From assembly GCA_964016885.1 (NCBI GenBank), contig OZ024743.1, positions 127,224,001 through 127,288,000 on the forward strand: a DNA stretch of 64,000 nucleotides, written 5' to 3'. A program made the translations under genes and the position numbers. Below are positions 24,934-36,399 of this stretch, in pieces (position 1 is the stretch's first letter; each line of letters opens with the position of its first letter). Under the pieces are notes generated by a model. It ran no database searches. It saw only the letters and a list, made by a program, of their open reading frames with translations, and was not told the origin of the DNA. This DNA is from Eledone cirrhosa. Its lineage: Eukaryota.

Positions 24934-25049
24934 TTCTCTCCCTTCCTTTGCTGAAAAAAGAAGTGACATATTCACTACTTTAAGATAATAGCGCAAGGTC
25001 TTCAAAATGTTTTAAATTAAACATACAGCGCCTATGGTGGTGAGTATCC

Positions 25050-25408
<359 letters not shown>

Positions 25409-25449
25409 GAGAGTGAGAGAGATACAAATAGATAGACAGACAGACAGGC

Positions 25450-25483
<34 letters not shown>

Positions 25484-25484
<1 letters not shown>

Positions 25485-27606
25485 AATATTTCTTTATATA
25501 AGAAAAGGGGACAATATAAAGACATGCCGGGGATTTTACATACAGTCGTGTAAAAAATATAAAAACAAACAATTACAACAATCGAAATCCCCAATAGGGG
25601 GGAGGCGCCACAAATGGGTTGTTTAATACCCCGTCGATAGAACAACCCTCAACTTTAGGAGCATGTTGTGCAAGTGCCCCTTTCTTCCTTTTGCTCTCTT
25701 CTTTAACCTACAGGCTTATAAACAGAGAAGGCCCAATCACTCGGGCCATTTTCGCTTCATTCACCCACCTTTCAGTAAATTTACTGGGGTGCAGTACCTC
25801 TCTCTCCACTTTGATTCTCCTTCTAAAGTGATACTTAAAGAAGGGAATCAATTGTTGTCCGGATAGAAAGGCATCTGTCCTCAGTCCTCTCAACCTCGTC
25901 CACCATATAACTTCTTTCACCATAGCCACTGTACAGAGGAAAACAGCCTCTCTTTCGTTTTTGAAAGAGGCTGGTGGTTTGATCCTTACTATGGACTCGG
26001 CAGTCAACTGGATTTGTCCCAACGCGACAGCAGTTGTTCTGCATAGTTCCACAGGTCGGTTACGCCCAGGCAGTGTACAATTGCGTGCAGGACGGTTTCA
26101 ATGTCCTGCGCGCATCTTGGACACGTTCACTTGGAAGGATCCTTGCCGTGGCGTCCGTACCTGTAGATAGGGTAGACCATCTAGACCGGGTGACTTGCGT
26201 TTCCCGCAGCGGCCCAGAGCGTCCCGTATCTCAGTGTCCGTGATCGGTCTTTCGCAGAACTCGGCGTCCGTGTTCGAGAAACGCGGCAGGCCGTCGAGGT
26301 ATGAACTAAAGTCCATTACCCCGTTCAGCTCATCGTCGTTCTGCTCAAAACAGTCGCGCAAAGTGCTGCTGAAAGGCCGTGCACATTTGCTTGGGGTCAA
26401 GTAGGACGCGTCCGTTTTGATCTTTCAAAGACCGAATCGTGGACTTGTTGCCACTTTTCGCCTCCGCCACTCGGGCACAGCTGACAGCTTTCGCTTCTTC
26501 GTTTCCTAGAGCACGTGTTTTGCTTCTGACCACGCAGCCTTCGTGTTTCGCATCAAAGAACTGGTCCAGTGCCGTTCTCGACGCTAACACTCTAGCCACG
26601 TTGCCACTTCTAAGTGCCTCCTCTACCTTGGCTACTAGTTCTTTTTCTATTTTGTTTTTCTCTAAGGCTAACTCTCTGCTAAACCCCATCGATTCTATTC
26701 TAATTGCTTTCTTGAGAGAGTACCACCATTTATTGTTGACGATGGCTCTCGTTAACTGTTGCTTGACTAGTCTACTTATCCGTTCACTGTAAGCTTTACG
26801 TGCCGGCAACGACACGTTCAGCTCCCAGTATCCGGGTCCTTGTCTATGTGTTCTATCATGGTTGACTAAGCAGACGACTAATTTGTGATCTGAATAGGCA
26901 ACCATGTGCATTCGTGGACAGCTTAACATCTCCTTGTCCCTTTCTTTAATGAAGAACCTATCTAAATACGATCTAGATGTCCCACTGCGGTTTGCCCACG
27001 TCCACTGTGGTGCAGTCGAGAAATCCAGTCGATACCTATCGGCCAGTTGGAATTGGCCGATTAAAGTTTTGAGGCTATTGCACCCCCCTCTACTGGGACA
27101 TGCTCCCACATAGTCCCATCGTGCAACTAGGATACCATTCCAGTCCCCCACGAAAAGTAAGGAGCGAGACGTTCCCAGAAAAGACTCTAGGCGTTTAAAG
27201 AAGTCTGACGGTGATTGCGATTGCCCGGTCGGAGCATAAACGGCCACTAGTCTGAAGGCTCCACCTCCAATGCTGTTCACGTCTAGGACTACCAGTCTAC
27301 CCTCCGGGTCCAAGTGTACTTGCTGTACTTCGACGTCCAGGTTCTTCCGAAACATGACAGCCACTCCCCCTCCACCCCCTGGCTGACAGAGAGATGCGTA
27401 GATCTCGAAGTCGTCGAAGATGGGGGTTAGTTGCTGCTTGATGTGGATCCTGTACTCGGTGATGGCTATCACATCCAGACCGTGTGACCTAAGGTCGTTT
27501 AAAAGTTGGCCCTGTTGCCAGGGCATCCCTAGGCCACGCACATTCACGCTTCCAACTCGTAAACTAACCATGTTGGTGAAGAAGAGTTGGAGAAAAAGGA
27601 CGAAAG
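25484..27606 (-). mobile_element. Tx1 family 1, copy C: 5'-truncated, RT deleted
   Basis: APE ORF within 26345-27811. A junction near 26165 removes about 1.6 kb relative to copy B. Ends in (TGTC)n/(TATC)n. Confidence 0.9.
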
Positions 27607-27608
27607 AC

Positions 27609-27640
<32 letters not shown>

Positions 27641-27873
27641 TTCTTTATTAGCCACAAGGGCGCAACAAGAAAGGGGACAATACAAAGACATGCCGGGGAT
27701 TTTACATACAGTCGTGTAAAAAATATAAAAACAAACAATTTCAACAATCGAAATCCCCAATAGGGGGGAGGCGCCACAAATGGGTTGTTTAATACCCCGT
27801 CGATAGAACAACCCTCAACTCAAGGAGCGTGTTGTGCAAGTGCTCCTTTCTTCCTTTTGCTCTCTTCCTCAAC

Positions 27874-30800
27874 CTACAGGCTTATAAACAGAGAAGGCCC
27901 AATCACTCGGGCCATTTTCGCTTCATTCACCCACCTTTCAGTAAATTTACTGGGGTGCAGTGCCTCTCTCTCCACCCTGATTCTCCTTCTAAAGTGATAC
28001 TTAAAGAATGGAATCAATTGTTGTCCGGAGAGAAAGGCATCTGTCCTCAGTCCTCTCAACCTCGTCCACCATATAACTTCTTTCACCATAGCCACCGTAC
28101 AGAGGAAAACCGCCTCTCTTTCGTTTTTGAAAGAGTCTGGCGGTTTGATCCTTACTATGGACTCGGCAGTCAACTGTATTTGTCCCATACGCGACAGCAG
28201 TTGTTCTGCATAGTTCCACAGGTCGCTTACGCCCGGGCAGTGTACAATTGCGTGCAGAACTGTTTCAATGTCCCGCGCACACGTCCTCTTGGAAGGATCC
28301 CTGCCAGGGCGTCCGTGCCTGTAGATCTTGTCACGAACCGGTAGAGCTCCTCGGTAGCACTGCCAGGCCAGGGACCTCTGGAAGTTGTCCATAGGTCCCG
28401 GGCGGAAAGTCCTACCAAACATACTGGTGAGCTCATCGTCTTCGACGCCCAGAGTCTCTCCGAGCACGTCGTCGCCCTTGTAACGTACAATCCCTCTATA
28501 GAATGTCGAAGTGGAGTCTCCACTGATTGCTGCGCCCGCTTGCCAGAGGACTGTGAGCGCCTGAGCGCATTCAATGTGCCAGGCGCCCATCGTTTTCGGT
28601 CTTTTCTTCACCCAGGACTGCAGCTCCGTTAGCGAGACGAGCTGTGGGAAAGCCTGTCTCACAAACGGTGCCCACACCGGTTGGGGGTCGGTGAGGAATA
28701 CCTGGAGATGCCGCAGCCTCAGCGCATGTTTGCGCATCATCAGCCACGGCATTCCCAGCCCTCCGTTGGAAGGGTGCTGACAGCAGACGGATCTCCTCAC
28801 CAGCGGAGCCTGCTTCTTCCACAGAAACTGGAAGAGCATGCGTTCCATCTTGGCGAGGTGTTCACGGGGACAAGGCACGACAGTCAAGCGGTAGTAGATG
28901 ACGGACGCTATGAAAGTGTTCGCCACCTCCGCTCGACCTTTCAAGGACAGTTTGCACTCTGCCCACTTCTGAGTGAGTGCAAACACCTTGGCCGTGACCT
29001 CGTTCCAGTTTTTCTCCACCTGGAGGTCTGGACCGAACCAGACCCCGAGCAATTTCACCGGTCCGTCCGTCCAGCGTCCAACGACGCTGTCGGATGTCAT
29101 CGGTTTGCCTCTCCACGTACCGAATTGCAAACCGACAGACTTGTCTGGGTTTAGTTTTGCTCCCGTCATCGTTTCGTATTCTTTCAGTATGTTGCCGATC
29201 ACCCCGATTTCCGAGGTGCTCGACACCATTACTGTCACGTCGTCGGCATAAGCCGACGCCGCTTTGCGCAGTCCCGGTTCTAGGGGGATGCCCTGCAACA
29301 GCTCCAATTTCTGCAGTAGTGGCTCTAGAGTCAATACATACAGAATGGAGGAGAGAGGGCATCCCTGTCGAATGGAACGCGTGATTGCGAACGGCTCCGA
29401 TAGGTAGCCGTTCACCTTGACCCTCGAGCAGATGCTGGTGTGCATCGCCTCGATCCATCCTCTGAACACGGGACCGAAACCGGCCGCCTTGAGAACCGCT
29501 TCCAAGTATCGATGGTCGACCCTATCGAATGCCTTAGACTGATCCAAGTTGATCAGAGCCCCACCGAAGCCGGGTTTACTACCCACCCTCTCTATGATGT
29601 ATCGCATGAGGTGGAGGTTGTCGTGTATGGACCTGGTCGGGATTGCACACGTTTGCGCTTTCCCTACCAGGTTCTCGACGACAAGCGCCAACCTCGTCGC
29701 TAGCACCTTGGCCAAAATCTTTAACTCTGTGTTGAGCAGAGTTATGGGCCTGAAGTTGTTAATTTCGTCCCCCTTGTTCTCGTCTTTCCTGATCAGCGTT
29801 ACTACGCCCTTGCCTGCAGAACTGGGAATTCTCACGTTCTGCTGCCAATTGCAGTAGACGGCTTCGAGGACGCCAGAGAACAAGTCCGGCATGTCTATGT
29901 AAAATTCGTAGGGTAGACCATCTAGACCGGGTGACTTGCGTTTCCCGCAGCGGCCCAGAGCGTCCCGTATCTCAGTGTCCGTGATCGGTCTTTCGCAGAA
30001 CTCGGCGTCCGTGTTCGAGAGACGCGGCAGGCCGTCGAGGTATGAACTAAAGTCCATTGCCCCGTTCGGCTCACCGTCGTTCTGTTCAAACAGTCGCGCA
30101 AAGTGCCGCTGAAAGGCCGCGCACATTTGCTTGGGGTCAAGTAGCACGCGTCCGTTTTGGTCTTTCAAAGACCGAATCGTGGACTTGTTGCCACTTTTTG
30201 CCTCCGCCACTCGGGCCCAGCTGACAGCTTTCGCTCCTTCGTTTCCTAGAGCACGTGTTTTGCTTCTGACCACGCAGCCTTCGTGTTTCGCATCGAAGAA
30301 CTGGTCCAGTGCCGTTCTCGACGCTAACACTCTAGCCGCGTTGCCACTTCTAAGTGCCTCCTCTACCTTGGCTACTAGTTCTCTTTCTATTCTGTTTTTC
30401 TCTAAGGCTAACTCTCTGCTATACCCTATCGATTCTATTCTAATTGCTTTCTTGAGAGAGTACCACCATCTATTGTTGACGATGGCTCCCGTTAACTGTT
30501 GCTTGACTAGTTTACTTATCCGTTCACTGTAAGCTTTACGTGCCGGGAACGACACGTTCAGCTTCCAGTATCCGGGACCCTGTCTATGTATTCTATCACG
30601 GTTGACTAAGCAGACGACTAACTTGTGATCTGAATAGGCAACCATGTGCATTCGTGGACAGCTTAACATATCCTTGTCCCTTTCTCTAATGAAGAACCTA
30701 TCTAAATACGATCTAGATGTCCCACTGCGGTTTACCCACGTCCACTGTGGTGCAGTCGGGAAATCCAGTCGATACCTATCGGCCAGTTGGAATTGGCCGA

Positions 30801-31318
30801 TTAAAGTTTTGAGGCTGTTGCACCCCGCTCTACTGGGACATGCTCCCACATAGTCCCATCGTGCATCTAGGATACCATTCCAGTCCCCCACTAAAAGTAA
30901 GGAGCGAGACGTTCCCAGAAAAGACTCTAGACGCTTAAAGAAGTCTGGCCGTGATTGCGATTGCCCGGTCGGGGCATAAACGGCCACCAGTCTGAAGGCT
31001 CCACCTCCGATACTGTTCACGTCTAGGACTACCAGTCTACCCTCCGGGTCCAAGTGTACTTGCTGTACTCCGACGTCCAGGTTCTTCCAAAACATAACAG
31101 CCACTCCACCTCCACCTCCTGGCTGACAGAGAGATGCGTAGATCTCAAAGTCGTCGAAGATGGGGGGGGGGGGTTAGTTGCTGCCTGTTGTGGATTCTGG
31201 ACTCGGTAATGGCTATCACATCCATACTGTGTGACCTAAGGTCGTTTAAAAGTTGGCCCTGTTTCCAGGGCATCCCTAGGCCACGCACATTCACGGTTCC
31301 AACTCGTAAACCAGCCAT
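27874..31318 (-). CDS. Tx1 ORF2 APE-RT polyprotein with one N-terminal frameshift
   Basis: 1076-aa open frame at 27874-31104 with APE and RT (YADD) domains. Natural ATG at 31318. The G-run at 31162-31173 has 12 G versus 5 in copy A. Confidence 0.88.
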
Positions 31319-31359
31319 GTTGGTGAAGAAAATTTGGAGAAAAAGGACGAAAGGTGCAC

Positions 31360-33237
31360 TTACCTTTTCGTTTCCTGGAGATCGGGTTGTTCAATCTCCA
31401 TTTGGGTGCTGGATGGGGTGTTGGGTGGGGTGGGGAAACCTTTCAACAGGACGCGGTTGATGGGTTTGTGGCAGGGGTTGCCCACGTCCTGTGAAAATTT
31501 AATTTTCAGGTCTTTATAGGTTTCCATAGAAACCCTTATAAGTTTAAGGTGTGGAGACTATTCTGCCTTGACGAAAGTTTTGCCCTCCGTCTCCACCTTG
31601 GGGTTTTGGGAGATGACCTCCATCAAACTCTTGTTGTTTGTGTTGATGTATGCGTATTGTTGTTTGTGTTTTTGTTGTATTGTTTTAGTTTGTTGTTCAT
31701 CTGGGAGTTTTCTTTTTATGGTGGGTGCTTGTGTTTGGGGTGGTGTTGGTGCTGGTTTTGCTGATAGGGGGTGTTTGACTGTGGTGTTGTTTGTGTTGTT
31801 GTTTGTGTCTGTGGTTGTGTGTTGGTGTTGGTGATTGGAGTTTTGGGGGTTTTGTGGTGTCTCTTTTTTTGTTTTTTGGATTTCCGCGGTTCTCCCTCTT
31901 CTTCACTTAAAGAAGGAGAAGCAGCTTCATCCGTCGATGAATAATCATCGTCAGGTGTGTGGGGTAAGGGTATGTTGTGTGGTGGTGGTGGTGTTTCGGT
32001 ATGTGTGTTTGTGGTAGTGTTTGATGGAGTGGGATGGAGTGGGGATGTGTTCTTCAGGGGTGTTGTCTCTGTTTTTTCTGTTGTTGTTGGTTGAGTGTCT
32101 GTTTGTTTTGGTGTGGTTGTTCGTTTCGTCTGTCGTTGTACTTGTGGTGGTGGTGGTGGTTGTTTTGGTGTTGGTGTTGGTAATAGCGTTTTTTTTATGA
32201 TGTTGCTGTTGTGTGTTTGTGGACAAGAGGCTTTTAGGTGAGATGTGCTACCATAGCGAAAGCAGTGAAATTTTCTTCCTTCTACCGAAATGTTTATTTT
32301 GTTGTTATTATCAATAACGACTCTTTCGGGTATTTTGGAGATTCTCTCCGGTTTCATTTGCAACAGAATCTCCAAATCGGTGCCCGCCCACCTTTGTCGA
32401 ATGGATTTTCGTATCGAAAGTATTATGTCTGTTTCTGGCTCTACGAAGCCAGCCAAGATCCACCAGATGTTAATGCTTGGAGGTATGTTTTTTATTTTTA
32501 TTTTTTGTGTCCTTTTCCCCATGTATGTAGGGAAAAAGGTGTATGCTTTTGACACTATTGGTGTCACGGAGTTTTTTGGGGCCAGTGTCTCGCTTTTAAA
32601 CAGTACGGAAACACTTCCGTACTGTTTTCCTCGCTGGAGAAAATCGACATTTCCTAGAATCTCCTTGAAAGAATCTTCTATATCTGACTGATTAACAAAT
32701 GTCGGTTTTCTTGACGAATTTGACACAGTCCTAAAAGTGACTGATCGGCGGTTTGTGTCTTCCTTTATTTCAAGGGGTGAGTTAATTCTAAACCCACCTC
32801 TTTCTTCTAAAGTTACAAATTTTCTCCCTTGCTGGAGCATATCTCTTGCGTTGGAGATATCAAGATTTATAAAATCTTGTTTCTTGTTGACTGTGTCAGC
32901 AAAAGACATTTTCTTTTTTTGTGTGATGTTGTTGTTAATAATGATGTTATCGTTGTTGGAAATTTTATGTGTAGATGTATCTGTAGAGTTGTTGATGTCT
33001 TTTTCATGTGTATGTATGTCAATGGGTTTTTTTGCCGAGTTTTCCCGTGTGTTATTGTCATTTTTCTCCGCTTCGGCGGTAGAAATTGTAACATTTTCAA
33101 ATGTTGATATATTTTTTTTCTTTTGTGACAGTATCTATGGCAACGTCCATAGCAGCAGAAGCAGATATAACGTTAATATCTGCCTCTTTCTCTCTCTTTT
33201 CACTATTAACGTTCTCCAGCGTTCTAGTGTTGCTCAA
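31360..33237 (-). pseudogene. Tx1 ORF1, frameshifted in homopolymers, knuckle mutated (CFRY)
   Basis: ORF 31716-32909 plus flanking pieces collinear with copy A. Confidence 0.8.
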
Positions 33238-33454
33238 GTTTTTTTTTACTTTGTAAAATTTGATATTTTAAGACAAACTTTTAAATAAAATTTTCGCCCC
33301 TACAGGGGCGAAAAATGGGATTACCACCCAGCTGACAATTCAGCTTGGGGGTTAATCTACAAAGTGTTGTATTTTTTTCAAACAATTAGATCGGTTTTTT
33401 GCATAGAAATTAACAAAAAACTTACCGGCGATATTCCACACGTTAGACAGAAAT

Positions 33455-33521
<67 letters not shown>

Positions 33522-33544
33522 GATAGAGGGTGAGAAGAGAGAGT

Positions 33545-34570
33545 GATCCCATTTCCCTACCACTAATTCTTTACAGAACACCGAAATGGATTTTTCACAA
33601 ATTGGAATGCTCAACCGTCAAAAACGCGAAATGGGGAAGCACGCTTCTAGCAAACAGTGAACACACCCGTTCACCGCCAAGGAACGCTGGAGATATCGTA
33701 GCTTTAACGCATGTGTATCATCAGTCACAACACGCCCATTTTTACACACGGCGGGTGTTGACAGCTAATGGGCCGTCTGACCATTCCACAAAAAGCGAAA
33801 GCGTAGGTGCATTAATACAGTCAGACGTGGTTTAGGGCAGGGCATGACGGTCAGGCAGTAATAGATGACGAATGTAATATATGCATTCGCCACCTCCACC
33901 CGACCTTTCGAGAATAGTTTCCTCTCGGCTCGTTTCTGAGTGAGTTGTTATGATTATTACAGTTTTTGTCCATCTGGAAATCTGAACCGAATCAGAATCC
34001 AAGCAATTTAACTGGTACATCAGTCCAGCATCAGATGACGCTGTTTGACGGTATGAGCCTGCCTCTCCAAGTACCGAACCGCAGGCCTGCCGACTTTTAC
34101 TCCTTAATTTCTGTTCCTGACACTGCCTCGTACTTGATAAACTCGATGTTTTTGATGCACGATACCACTACGGTGATGTTGTTGGTATATGCCAACACGG
34201 AACTCCCGAATACTAGTTCGCACGAGACACCACTCAGCGCCTCAAACTCCTGCATCTAGAATCAGTACGTACAAAAGTTACGAGAAGGAGCATTCCACAC
34301 GGACCGAGCATATGATACTGAACAACACTGATCGATGCCCATTCACTTTGACCATCGAGTCGATGTCGCTGTACATTGCTGCGAACCGTACTCTGAAGAC
34401 GGGGGCAAAACCAGCCGCCCTAAGGACCTCCGCCAGGTACCGATGGTCAACTTTATCGAATGCTTGATCAGGGCTCTACCCGTACCTGGTTTCTTATTTA
34501 CACTCTCTATGATGTACGGCATAAGCAGGAGTTTGTTGTGGATGGGTCTGCTTGGGTTTGCGTATAACTG
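33545..34570 (-). mobile_element. Old degenerate Tx1 ORF2 fragment
   Basis: Nucleotide similarity to the RT region of the other copies. Confidence 0.7.
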
Positions 34571-34779
34571 ACTCTCCCTCAGAAGTTGGTCGGCTTAGTC
34601 ACAGAAATATCCCCCCCCCCCAACAAAAAAAGCGTTTCAACAACGGGTGGAACTCAACAAAACTTACAGAACATAAACAGCTTGGCGTACAGTCCAACAA
34701 CAACAACTGCTACAGCAGCAGCAACAACAACAACATTAACAATGACAATCATATTTGTCTTCAGTGGATGGGTCACAAT

Positions 34780-36085
34780 AGAAATTGTCAGAAAGTAATA
34801 CTTTCGAAGATTGAGGACTATCGTCAAGCCCAGTTTGAATGGTAGCAATAGTGTGCTGGCCATAAACCCCAGAGCTGTTTCTTTAATTAGGAATGGTGCA
34901 GGAATAGAAGAATGGCTAAAAGTAAAGTTGAAGAAGTTGATTGTAAAATAAAGAAAATTCTCACAATCTATCGAGAAATGCACCCTCAAGGTGATGCAGA
35001 TATACTGCATTGGAAAGAAAGGACGGGGGTACAAGATACTGTCAAAATAGAATAAAGTGTTGTGGGTTTCTACACAAAAAAAAAGAGGAAGAAAAGCTTC
35101 TATTGGATGTTGTCATGGAAAGCATATTTGAGAAAAATGGAGACCCAGAAAACACAAAGACTGTGATTGCTGAAGAGCGTAAAAAAAGAACTTGATCAAA
35201 AGTCCTTGCATCGAGCATCCCTTAAGGAAACAAGAAACAGTGTAATAACAAAAATACTTGGTTATGGTTACGGAAAATCTACATACATTAAGAAAGAAAC
35301 GGAAGGAATTATATTATCAGCGCAAGATCAAGCTATAAGAACAAGGTGGGTAATGAAAAACATAGATAAGAAAGATATTCAAGTTGAATGCAGAATATAT
35401 GGGGAGAAGGCAGAAACAGTTGCCAATATCGTTTCAGAGTGTAAGCAGCTATCCCAGAATGATTATAAAACAAGACTAATATGATAAGGTGACTACCATG
35501 TTGCACAGAAGCTTGTGTAAAAAGTATGGATTTCCATGTGCAGGAAAAAACCTATGAACATGGTGTCACGAATGAGATGAGAGTGCTAGAGAAAGATAAG
35601 ATAAAGCTCTTATGGGACTTCCCAATTTTGAGCGAGATGAAGATTGAAGACAACAAACCAGATATTGTTGTAATTGAGAAAAAGGAAAGAGACTGTACCC
35701 CCATAGATGTAGCGTGTCCCTTTGACACCAGAATTGAACGAAAGGAGGAAAAAGTAGGGGCTTATACCAACTTAAAATAGATCTTGAAATGTAGGAGTAA
35801 TGAAGTGAAGACAGTCACCATTGTTCCAGTGGTGATTGGTGCTCTTGACATTGTGACCAAGAACCTTGAAAACTAGCTGTCGAAAATAGACTTTTCACCA
35901 TGGATTGAACAGCTCCAAATGACATACCTATTGAGAAAGGTTCTGGACTACCAGCAATGGTGAACTGACAAGGAATGATATGAAAAAGCTGGAGTGTCCC
36001 TAGGTTACTAGTTGGAGTCATGTATTCCCTGAAATAACCGACCCAAAGCAACAACAAAGATGGTCATGTTAAATAGTCAAATAAT
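34780..36085 (+). mobile_element. Degenerate R4/Dong-like 3' half
   Basis: KETEGIILSAQDQAIRT, ETVANIVSEC, KPDIVVIEKKERDC..IDVACPFD. Confidence 0.75.
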
Positions 36086-36094
36086 AATAATGGT

Positions 36095-36280
36095 TTCTTT
36101 TATAGGCACAAGGCCAGCAATTTGGGGGGAGGGAAAAGACGATTAAATCTACCCCAGTACGTTACTGGTGCTTTATTTTATCGACCTCGTAAGGATTAAA
36201 GGCAAAGTTAACCTCGGCGGGATTTGAACTCAGAACGTAAAGGGCAAAGCATGGCATCCGACCCTCTACCGATACTGACA
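36095..36280 (-). mobile_element. Deu/Nin-domain SINE
   Basis: Same core as 22715-22900. Confidence 0.7.
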
Positions 36281-36399
36281 ATCCTGTTTTTGTTTTAATT
36301 TTTATTTTAACCACAAGGGTTCGCATAAAGATCGAGGAGGGTACAGGACTTTATCGTGTGGGTTTACATGAAAATGTAACAACCCCCCCCCCCCCCCCA

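Larger units (their letters stand above)
23921..25028. mobile_element. Retrozyme-like ~318-nt hammerhead-bearing repeat (family D), three copies in +/-/+ orientation
   Basis: Copies at 23921-24244 (+), 24245-24620 (-) and 24777-25028 (+). The minus copy repeats its end sequence with a 318-nt period (24245 vs 24563). Confidence 0.75.
27638..33452 (-). mobile_element. Tx1 family 1, copy B, apparently full length (~5.8 kb)
   Basis: 5' UTR, ORF1, ORF2 and 3' UTR ending CCCTTGTGGCTAATAAAGAAA. (GATA)n on both flanks. Confidence 0.93.
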
